Positions 9,602 through 20,007 of a stretch of DNA of 38,145 nt are shown here, in pieces. How positions within the stretch are numbered: position 1 is the stretch's first letter; every line of letters begins with the position of its first letter. The stretch lies in the NCBI GenBank assembly GCA_002104905.1, contig MCFE01000767.1:1-38145 (forward strand). Direction: 5' to 3'. The position numbers and the translations under genes were made by a program. This DNA comes from Basidiobolus meristosporus CBS 931.73 (Eukaryota; Fungi; Basidiobolomycota). A model generated the notes under the pieces. That model saw nothing but the letters and a program-made list of their open reading frames with translations. It did no database searches and was not told the origin of the DNA.

Positions 9602-12321
9602 GCCAAGTTCAGAAATTTCCACGTTCACCACCCCTCCAACTGAAGTTATGGCTCTCTTATCAATCCTGGTTTCACACCCACCATAAATTCTTGATGATGG
9701 CAGGATATTCGGCGATATCTATTTAGGAAAAATCAGGATGTCTATACATTCCAACCATATATAAAGTACAGCGCGAGTCCTTAGGCTCTGAGTACTACCT
9801 GGATGTGCCAAGCACAGCAGTGGAGGCCAAAGATGGTTAGGGTCACGGATCCTGATTTCTCAATGGGCTATGGAGATTATCATTGTATCGCTTCAGGATC
9901 CGCTAGAGCATCGGAATTGAACGAATCTTTCGGGAGATCTTACTTATGCGAGCTATCCAACCCAACGTGGAACGTCAAAACCCTTCAAAAGACCTCCGGT
10001 AGTTACTTTGTGAGCTGCTCTCATTCAGCTTGGCAACAGCTACGCTCCATCATATCATACCATTGCAGATCTGGGGAACCCATCATTTGCCCATGTAGGG
10101 TGTACATTTCTATTTACATCTGCTCAATAGCCCTGATCCTCAGGAGCACTTGCATTTATTAATCCAGTTTTTGGAGACATGGTTGCCGAGCCGTTGCCAA
10201 CTAGGGTAGCTTACAAACATCCTGCCACGTAACCATATGATGTATATTTCTCGCTAGATGAGTTAAATCACCTCGTGGACACTGCCGAAGAGAAATGATT
10301 GGTTCTTTGAGGACAGTGACTCCTCATTCGTATACGGATCCATGAATGGCTTGGCCACTAAGATGTTAATATGAGTTAAGCTGCCATAACAGTCAGCATG
10401 CCTCTTTTGAACAAATGTAACGCCAGATAGCAACATTGTGTATGCAACAGACATAACTAACTAGGACGCATTCCAAGAATCCTCAAGCTTATTCGATAGC
10501 ACAATTACTCATATGAGGTATTAAACGGCACAGATTCCATCTAACAACGTACTCCGTGTCAGCCACCGTACCTAATCAATGGGATCTATGGTATCATACC
10601 AATCAATGACGAATACGGTTTCTAGCCCAAAACAATAATTATTGATTACTACTTGCTGCCAAGACCAGATTTCGCAGTGGTCGATGGCTAGTGCCAAGCC
10701 GTAGAATCCCGGGTGCTGAACTCTATCGACGCCATAACTGCCGTGTGAGGGTGCAGGGACATATTGCAGATCTCTCCCAAGCGTACTTAACTGCAAGGTG
10801 ACAAAACCAATTCAATGCCCAACGCAATGTAGAGTTCACGAAGCACCTGGAGCAAGGAGGCTTCTCACACTGCGGTATGGGTTTATCTGGCAACAAGCCC
10901 GACCATCTTCGCCGGAGAAGGAGGCTGGGGCCATGTAATGCAATAGCCCTCTCAATTGGATTTAGATCAAGTCCCCGAATGAGCCGATTCCCAGCAAGAT
11001 CCCCAAGAACAATGGGATTCCGCCCGCGATCAAATTAATACTGGCCACTTGCAGCTTGAAATTCTCATTGGCCAATACCGATAATCCCATATGCGCCTAA
11101 TGCCAGTGTCACACAATTATTCGGCAGCCGCATTTATTTTTATTCAAGTATCCAACTGATGCTCAGCAATTATCCAACGATTGCCCAGGGGTTTTGATGT
11201 GTGCACCTTTCCTATTTGAAAAACTCCCACAGACATGTTGTGAAAGTCGTGGCATCGAACAAATACTATCTCCGTCCACTATGTGATGAAAACTGGACCA
11301 CCACCAGGTACAAGGTTCGATGGTCGAGTTTTTCTGCTCACCGCTTCGTGCATTCACCTCACCTAGCTCCACTCAGTAAGGCTAAGAGGTTATTGGTTAT
11401 GAGTAAGCCTAAATCCACTTGAGTGCATGTATTCTGAGTGTACACAATCTAAGGTGGCTCTGCCAAATGCCTCCCTGTGTTTACACCCTGGTGGCATTTC
11501 CTAATATCGCATAAACTCGTCCTTGTAGTATGTGAGCACATCTTGATATCATGGCTATTTCCTATCAGTACAATGGAATTTCACTCGGTGATGGATTTAC
11601 TGACCCAGCCATTTTATCGTCTTGTCTGAGCTTATTCAGGAATTTCTTAGACTGATCATATAAGGATATTCGACATGGTAGCCACATGCTGCTTTTGAAA
11701 CACCAACTGCTCCATGCTTCAACCATGATTGCTTTCTCATAGAAGATCAAGTGCGAGGCTGCTAATGACCTTGAAACCTATTGAGGCAAGTAACTATATG
11801 GGCCTGGAGCTGGGATGGGTTACTCTGAATGGGTTCGCTTCACTGGCAGCAGGTGAGCTCGAAGATGAACCGTTTCTTGGGAAATCAAGGTATTGACAAG
11901 TGATATCCAAATACCAGGATGAATCGTTTGGGGAGTTGCTGCATATAGGATTGCTTAATATTTCTCTAACCCTTGGCTATCCTCATCTCATTCACATCAA
12001 TATGTTCTTTGTTTGTACCCCAATAAGCATACACTTTTTAGTTAACCCGACACTTGGTGCACCATCTGTGTCGTACAGGTGATGCTTTGTTTCGATCTAT
12101 TAGCACTATAAGGTACAACGCTTGGCTTCAATCAAGCTGGTATTCATCAACATAGAAGAGGATCCACCAGACTGAATCATGTAGTGGATGAATAAAGCAC
12201 CTAACGGTCTTGATATCATTTGTCTTAGACTGTACATATAGATATCATCACTGGAATCCTAAATAATATTCAACAATTTATTTTCCATTTTCGTTCTTCA
12301 ATCAATCGTTATCCGCAATGT

Positions 12322-12349
12322 ACACACACACATATATATATACATATAT
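12322..12349. repeat. Compound CA/TA microsatellite
   Basis: acacacacacatatatatatacatatata read directly. Confidence 0.8.
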
Positions 12350-12889
12350 ATTCCCACTTGCTATACCAACAAGCCATTGACATGCAGAATAAAAATCTTC
12401 AAAATAGAATGTGCTTTGGAAGGTCATTGTACTTTTGCAAGCAATGAATATAGCAATATGATGTGAAGCGATGCAACGATTGGGGTAGTGGTAGTTACTG
12501 ACTTGGATATTTGTGGATAACCTGTCAGTCTTGAATGAAAATAATCTATTTCTATCCTAGATCTTAGTGAAAAGCCTATCTCCTGCTAGCTATTGTTGGC
12601 ATGTTTAGCACCTAATTCATTTATGTATCCTATATTCCTCTTGGCTGATTACTCGATTATGAATTGCTAGCTTTGGATTTGAAGGTGCAAGTTTTTCAAT
12701 TCGTGAAATCATGAGCACCCCAAAGTCTACCTGCATGCAATAAGCCAATGAGCGAATATCATACAGGCCCTGTGACGCGCCAAATCGTTTCCAATACTCC
12801 CAATATTTAGCAACGGTAACCACCAAACACCTTGTATATTTAATAAATTATCAAGTGATAATCACAGAATCTACAAGTCGTGTTGCCAA

Positions 12890-13055
12890 TTTTGCAGGGT
12901 CTTCGTAAACGAAGGTATGCAGTATGTTTGAATAGGTCCCAAGAGCATGAGTGAAAAGTTTGGACACTTTGGATCACATTGGGAATTCTGATCTTCTGGG
13001 CATCTGACAAGGTGAAACGATTCTTAGTAAATCCCAACAAAGAATCTGGGCAAGA
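12890..13055 (-). repeat. Degenerate partial LTR of the copia family
   Basis: ggtcccaagagcatgagtgaaaagtttgg ... ttcttagtaaatcccaacaaagaatctggg matches the reverse-complement LTR consensus. Confidence 0.7.
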
Positions 13056-13373
13056 AATGAAAAATTCATGAGCTTGTGAACCTCTGATAAAGTGTATATT
13101 TTTCCCTGTATCTCCTCAAACCAAAAAGTGAAAACAAGCCTTCCACCAATGCTTGACAAATCGCCTTAAAGTCCAAACTTGAATTCAACAAATATGAGGG
13201 CTGACAAACTGCTTTAAATTGATATTTGCAATTAGTTGAAGTATTTAGCCTTGCACTGTGTATGTGAGGAGTACCCACTGCATATGGCATAAGGTTGTCA
13301 TGGGGAAGGGGATTGCAATTTGATATTTGGATTCGCAGAGTTTTTCCAGGAGTATAGATTCCTTATTCCTACA

Positions 13374-13642
13374 TGTTGTGAGGATGTTGCAGAGATTGGA
13401 AGTGATTGGGTGGACCAGTAGAGTATGTAGTTTTCACTACATGATTTATTGGTTGTGAATGTGGTATCTATATTTTTACAAGGTCTTGGCAAACAAACAC
13501 CTAGAATATGTTTAGGAAGGTCCCGAGAGTATGTGTGTAGAGTTCGGGGTATTTTTGGACAACTTCGAGAATTTTCATGTTCTGGGTACCTGACATTTTG
13601 GTGAAAACATTCAAAGTAGAATCCCCACAGAGTATTCGGTCA
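13374..13642 (-). repeat. Truncated solo LTR of the copia family
   Basis: Begins tgttgtgag...ttggaagtgattggg (reverse complement of the LTR 3' end) and contains aattttcatgttctgggtacctgacattttggtgaaaa. Homology is lost after about 13642. Confidence 0.85.
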
Positions 13643-15132
13643 GGAGAGGAAGGTTCATAGACTAGTGCCTGATTAAGCAAGGTTGATGTAAATATTTAGG
13701 TATAGGTACGTAATTTACAACACTACTCAACGAACCGGCAGTTGAAAAGCGGCACTTGAGTACTCCAAATCTCATCCAAGCTTTCACCACCATTTGCTTC
13801 GGATCATGGGCTCTAACACTCAGTCTGAGACAACATAGCACATCTTCATTCAACCCCTCGATAGTCGGCGGTGCTCGTTTTGGTACGTTTGCTTTTCACC
13901 AACGTTGACCCAAAGTAAAGTGTCGCGAAACTAGAGCTATGCCAAGGGCCATCTTGGAAGGATGTATACCCGGCTCCGGGGTCTAGGAGCCATCCTCTTT
14001 AGGGACAGGAATGGTTCAGATGGAACGGCGTGTATTTACTGCGTATGCAGCATAGCATGTGTCTCATGGAACTCTTTGTATTCTGGGAAGGGGCTATTTG
14101 ATTCGACAGCCAGGTTTACGTGTGGATTTTGGTACCATGGTTCATGGATCTCAGAACTAGTTTAAAAGCGGGCTTGAGAAAGAGTGGTTTAATGGTGGTG
14201 GAGATCAGGTGATAGCGTAGCGAACGGCATGAAGGATTTAACATGCAGTTGGCGGATGCAAATCCAGCTAGCCGTTTCCAGATTAAGGAAAGAATACTCA
14301 TGTTCGAGGTCTAGGGTGTCCGTCCTTTTGGTCAGCATCTGTAGGGTTAGGGCCTAACAGACCGGGAGAACCCCATAGAGTCATGCAGAGGATCGTCCGA
14401 GGTCTTGTCTTCGGCGTCACCCGTATTTCTGGGATGATATTGCACTTTAAGTGGTTGACCTGGGCGTTGATACTACGATGCTTAGCCACGATTGCTCGTC
14501 CCGCCGAGATTTCTTAGTGAGCATCCTTGTACTGTTTGGCGCCAGCATCAACTACCTTCCTCGCGCCCTTAAATGGTAATCGGCCGATGTGGCAAAGCAA
14601 CGTACTTCTAATAAAGGCAACCGATTACTTCAAGCTTCATTGCGTCTAAATGGATTAAATAACGGAAGTCATCAAATCCTGCCCACGCAGAAACAAGTGA
14701 TACCGTGCAATCCAAGGGCCCCGGAAGGCAGCCATGTCACCGCCCAGTCATTGTGCCAGTGGGGATGATGGCAAGCTTTCAGATTTCTTGGAAACGGAGG
14801 TGAGTATGATTGCTATTCGAACTGAAATCTTAAACGGCATTAGGTCCGACGGCAGATCGGAGGTTTGCTCGAATTTGTACATATTAATGTCTGGATCGAC
14901 AGCTTCGATCAATTCCATCCAATTACGGGTCAAGGGCGGGGCCCTCGGCGATTTTCTCACCCATCTAAGGCATCCCTTGGGATGCAAATAACACGAAGAG
15001 ATTCGCACAGTTTTCGAATGTTCCATGGTGGACGCCATCTCCACACGGTGTGGCAAAACCGTTATAAACGTGAGGGTCGATTTGGCTCCCACTTATTTCC
15101 ACGGTCAAAACCGCCTCCATTCACTTTGGAAG

Positions 15133-17463
15133 ATGAAATGGACCCTGAATACTAAGCATTTACTTCGTCATCTGTTGTGTACATTCTACCTTTTATGCGT
15201 CTTTCCCTTTATGTCAGATGCTCGGTTTACCCAAGAATACCCACCCCTGCCAGAGAAAGCAATTCACCCCTCACATAGTCTGTATGGCTCCTTCGATAGG
15301 AACAGTTCCAGCGCGGTGGCGTACGACAATACAGTGGCCTTGGTTCGGCTGAGGTTTGAGGATGGGAAAGAGTGCAACCCAAATTTCATCCCCCCGAACC
15401 TGAACCTTCCTGAGGAATACAACCAAAAGGTCGATGGCTACGTACTCTACGTGTCTTCATACGACATTCTTGCTCATCGGTGCGACGGAATGGCCGAGGT
15501 AGGACATATATGCTCCATGTGCCCCAACAGCATCCGAACCAACGTCATTCTTCCTAGGTCTTTCAAAAACTCAACCAAACGAGATCCCACGATATAACTT
15601 CGGGTTATGTTGACACCCTCGGTCGACCTTTCATGCTGATCCTCTTCTCCTCATTCACCCTTCAGCCCCTCCAGTTTGGGGGTCCATCAGAGTTCTACGG
15701 CAAGAGCTTCGACTTTGTTCATGTGTACAACAAGGCGGTGATCACCGACTTCTACAGTGGGCAATACCTGGACAAAATCAGCGAGGGAAAGGAAACAGTG
15801 GTGCTACGAATCATTCATGGTATGGGCCATTCTCGGCCTCTTGCTTTCGATACGTGTACTAATCCCGTCGAAACGCCAGAATTCGGTCCCTGGAACAGCG
15901 CCGATATCTCGTACAGAATCGCATTGAATAGACGAGCTTTGTTTGTTTTGGTAAGCAGCAGATACCTTCCCTCAACCGGCCATGCCCCTTCTCCTCTCGG
16001 ATGCTAATCCCTTCAAAAGCTTCTTTTCTCCCTTATCTACGCTTTCTGCCAAATCATCAATCTGTTCTACCAGGAGGGCTGGGTCATAGACACTAGAATC
16101 ATTCTGTACGTCTCCTCAGTCACATGGTTTGTGGGTAAGCATTCTCCTTTAAATACCCTTCAGGATGATGGGCAGACCATTAAATGCACTCCCCTCAGGG
16201 TCCTTGGTGCGACTCTCTGTGTGTGAAATCACCACTTGGTACGACCTACTGTACCACATCCTAAAGCTGCTAGCCTTTAGTGGGTACGGACTAGTACAGC
16301 TCAAATGGTAAGCACCCCGAAGTAAGCATCGTTTACGCATCCTGTATCCAACCAAAGAGAATCTAGGGGCCAGATCCTTTTCAAACTTCTCAAGCGTCGT
16401 ATCTACAATATCTCCATCTACTGGGGCATCTTCACCATATTGAACAGCTCAGTCATCATTATTTTATTGATCGTACGGGCGGTGAATCCGTACCTGGATG
16501 GCAAGGGGATTATTCTGACGATCTACAGCCACTACCTCCCGGCCTTGTTTATCGGACAGAGCTTTTTCTTCTTGTTTTACAGTAGGTTTCACGGTGCAAA
16601 TGCCTCTGTTGGCAGCTTGATTTACCTGGGTTTTCGTGTAGGTTTTCAGTTCTATCGGGGGAAGAAGATGTTCTGTGTGTCTGCGCGCACCAAGGCCAGC
16701 TTCAGAAAGGTATGCGATGTGGACTACTGGGTGGGCATTTCTGGTATTGATCGGAGTTTTCCAGGTCTCGACTTTAAGCTGTTTGGCCGGGATCGGGTTC
16801 ATGGTGCAATCGGCAGCTTTGATCGTCCAAGGCACCAACCTTCCCTTCACTGTGGCTGGCGACATGACCATGTTCTCCTTAGCCATAATCTCCGGGTTGA
16901 TCTGCTTTAGCCCGGCATTCGCGATCCTGTCGATTCGTGGAACGGATGAAAATGCAACGTACGCGGCCATTCTGAATCGAACCAAAGTACTCAGCCCGTA
17001 CAAGGAAAATCATACTAAACTAGCATCAACGAACGCTGGCTCCGAGGATGGGATCGACCTACAACACAGCTCATCCAATCAGCATCTAAGGAGTAAAGCG
17101 ACTCTTGACGGTGAGGGCGAGTTCACTCTAGATATCCCCTCCATCGACTCCACTACCCTGAACTCTTCTGGGAGCGAGAATCACTCGTCAGTAACGATGA
17201 ATCACTTCAAATCGACCCACCAATTGAACTTCACCCCATTGAGCCCACCACCACGTTCGCACATGAAAAGAGAGCATCCGGACAAATCACTCAATCACGT
17301 CTCCTCCGAGCCAGCCATGCCAGAGCACGAAGATACGGTCACGGTGAATTGCGTCGACCCGGTGGCCGATGTTCAGCTAATACATGACCCACTCTTCACT
17401 ATCGATTGGCGGACTTCGTTTGGAACGGGTTCGGAAGGATCGTCCGAAGATGAAACCGTGTAG
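15133..17463 (+). CDS. Orphan 7-TM receptor-like protein with signal peptide and PA-like ectodomain, 8 exons, 634 aa
   Basis: Manual model with exons 15133-15498, 15558-15819, 15880-15950, 16020-16134, 16199-16307, 16367-16581, 16642-16709 and 16765-17463. All introns are GT-AG and 55-69 nt, phases are consistent, and the total is 1905 nt. It gives a signal peptide MKWTLNTKHLLRHLLCTFYLLCVFPFMSDA, a ~200-aa ectodomain, seven hydrophobic segments and a Ser-rich tail. Introns 15820-15879 and 16582-16641 are 60 nt and in frame, so they are the least certain. Confidence 0.8.
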
Positions 17464-18649
17464 TTTAGGGTAATTAAGAGATGCCCATACTTCTGTCTAT
17501 AGATATGATGTACAGTACCGCCATTCCTCCTATTCTTGCAAATAAACAGCCTTCATTCAGTCCCCTATCTATGTATCTCGAATGTCCTTGACGGAGCAAC
17601 CACTCTCGAATTGAAATTCCACGAGAAGGAGTTGTCGATGAGTTAAACGTGTCGATGAAGCACAGCCCGTTCCAATTACCAAAACCTGCCTAAAAATTTG
17701 TCAGCTCAAATGGCCCCGGCTTGACTTGTTTCTTGCAGGACCTGCTCTCGGAGAAAGCTGGTGTACAGTTGAATGTTCCATTCCGTGTGGCCTAGGAATA
17801 CCCTTTGAAGTAGTACGCTGCTCCTTAGCTGTGGTAGACAAGGGGAAGGCCACTTTGAATGAGCTCATTTCCATATTAGTCACAAGATTCCTTGCCTATT
17901 GTTGTGGTATACCGTGCTCGAGATATCAAGAACGACCTAGACCGCAGATGGTGGACTTATTTAAACACCATAGACATTGGTGATCGTGACGTTGTTTTCG
18001 AGGCAATGATCGCGATCAACCCGATTCTCGGCTATTGGTGGATTTCCGATTAATGTGATCTTCATCGCTTGACCGATCTCGTACCAATACCTTCCCATCC
18101 TGCTACCCAATATTCCCTTATCCGGATTGATAGGTTTGTGTATAGTGGACTTCGAAAAGTTTAGATGCAACCTCAAGTTAGTTACCAGTTAGTTACTCAT
18201 TAGGCATGGGGCAATCCCGCCGCTAAGCTCGCTTGATTTCGCAGCAAGTTTGGCTGCCCCCGTACGACAAAAATAGAGACCCCTTAGCCAACAGAATGCC
18301 CATTACAATGGGCAAAATTGCGGACATATCACGCACCGAGATGGGAGGTGATCCAGACTACTTCCGAGATATAGCCATTATGCGCGCTGCGGGAGCCTAG
18401 TTTAGAATTGGCCCTGTTCAGATCATCGCCAGCGTTCAGTGCCTCAAGCGTGCGGTTTTTGCTAAAAATACAACCTTTGGGGATCTCTGTGGTGGTGGCC
18501 ATTGGTCTTGTCGTGAGATAGCCAATTCCACCTAGATTGGAGGAATTTAACTTTCAAATATAACCCTCAGACATCTTGACGAGTCAGCGAACACTCATAG
18601 ATTGCCAAGATCCCAGCGATAGAGGGGATCTCACCACCAATCCCTTGAA

Positions 18650-18889
18650 GTGTTTAAATATACCATGTGCCAATTCATCCTGACCAGCCCCACACAGTCT
18701 ATCGAGGTTGCGCTCCGGGAGGTAAAGATACTGATTGGACATTGCGAACATACGGATGTTCCGTCGATGAACCTGGGAATTGATCTCGGGTTAGCGAGAG
18801 AAACCAACGAGATAATTGTTGGGGAGCCACCATCTGGCCTATTCAAACTCTCCATTCAAAATCAGGAATGTTGCAGAAACCAAAACTAA
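18650..18889 (+). pseudogene. Possible collapsed protein-kinase remnant
   Basis: VALREVKIL...CEHTDV resembles kinase subdomains III-IV and IDLGLARE resembles subdomain VII, but the intervening catalytic loop is absent. Confidence 0.25.
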
Positions 18890-19327
18890 CCAGCTTTTCT
18901 CCGTTGAGCGTCTCACAGAACAATGATCAACCTCGGAAGCCCCCTGGCTGATTCAGCCGCCATGGGCCTACTCAGTATGCAGGTTTGGAGCACGAAGGGG
19001 CTTTCTACAACACCACTTGGAACATGACTTGATGGTCAATTGGGATCTGGGTGTGCGGATCATGGAGCATTTGATTGGTTTATTTGAAGTGAAATAGATT
19101 AAATGATGGGATATGCTGTCGGGTGGTAATAAGGATATCAATTCTATTAGTCGATGCATTACAAATTCCCTGAACCATCCACCTCATTCAATAGCAGAGT
19201 ACGAAAAGGCCAGCCTGTTCTTCCACGATGAATTTCATTACCTCAGGCTCAGCAATAATATATACACGATTCATCATGTGTTCCTCTTCGGGAGACTCTC
19301 CTGAAGCGTAGGATGGACTGCTCGGAG

Positions 19328-19900
19328 TTAGTCAATGAGCACCGGGGTATCATTAGCCTCTCGCACAAGGCGCCGAATCAGCTCGATTTGGCTGGGGTCC
19401 TTTATAGAAACCCCGATGCGCTTCGAGTTGTGTAGAATTAGGATAACTGTGGCATACTTTTGTCGGTAGAGCATTGACCGCCGTTTGTCAAAGGCCCAGC
19501 AGATTCCCGCTGAGCTTGCACCCCACACTTTGCATCGACTATTGGGAAGCTTTAGCTCCAGTGAACTATATACATGCGAAACGTCTCGATAGTGGATTTG
19601 CTTGTGGCGGGTGGTAGGCACATGGTAATTGTGAACGGAGATGTGGTCTTCATGCAAGGTTATAAAGGAATCTTTGTAGAGGATGCTGACTGACTCGGCG
19701 AACTCCTCGTCAAAATAGTGGTCGTCGGTGATGGAGCCGTGGAGTGCAAACTGCTCTTTCTCCTGGAAAGATTCGGTGTGCTCATTCTCTTGCTCATCCA
19801 AGGGTTCGCCTTTAAGTTTGTCGAAAATCCGTGTGAATCGTCGCGAAAGGACCTTTCCCTCTGAGGCTTGAAACGAGTGACTGGTCCGTATTTGAATCAT
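19328..19900 (-). CDS. Small uncharacterised protein with a probable PH-like domain, intronless, 190 aa
   Basis: Clean ATG-started ORF. An acidic N-terminal half is followed by ILYKDSFITLHEDHISVHNYHVP...KQIHYRDV...KVWGASSAGICWAFDKRR...IGVSIKDP, a pattern I recall from uncharacterised bacterial-type PH-fold proteins. TATAAAA lies ~100 nt upstream. Confidence 0.7.
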   Translation of the reverse strand: MIQIRTSHSFQASEGKVLSRRFTRIFDKLKGEPLDEQENEHTESFQEKEQFALHGSITDDHYFDEEFAESVSILYKDSFITLHEDHISVHNYHVPTTRHKQIHYRDVSHVYSSLELKLPNSRCKVWGASSAGICWAFDKRRSMLYRQKYATVILILHNSKRIGVSIKDPSQIELIRRLVREANDTPVLID

Positions 19901-20000
19901 AAGAAAGGGTGCGAATGCAGATATGCCGTTGGTTAATGGTGGGAAATGTACTCAATGAGCCATGGGTTGTGTTGCTCCGACACCCGGCCACTCGCCCGCC

Positions 20001-20007
20001 TTTTATA
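20001..20007 (-). promoter_or_regulatory. Candidate TATA box of the 190-aa gene
   Basis: TATAAAA on the minus strand ~100 nt upstream of ATG 19900, preceded by a GC-rich run. Confidence 0.35.

Noticed and set aside
11551-11655. GISLGDGFTDP resembling the serine carboxypeptidase S10 motif GIAIGNGxTDP
   Set aside because: Isolated 34-codon ORF with no GESYG or other S10 motifs nearby.
13990-14560. Small minus-strand gene divergent from the 7-TM gene
   Set aside because: Only ORFs of about 65 codons or fewer, with no recognisable motif or convincing splice chain.
16199-16900. SPPL2-like intramembrane aspartyl protease reading of the PA-7TM gene (WYD, LPALF, AGD)
   Set aside because: The order is YD-PAL-GD instead of YD-GxGD-PAL, GxGD is incomplete, and there are 7 rather than 9 TM segments.
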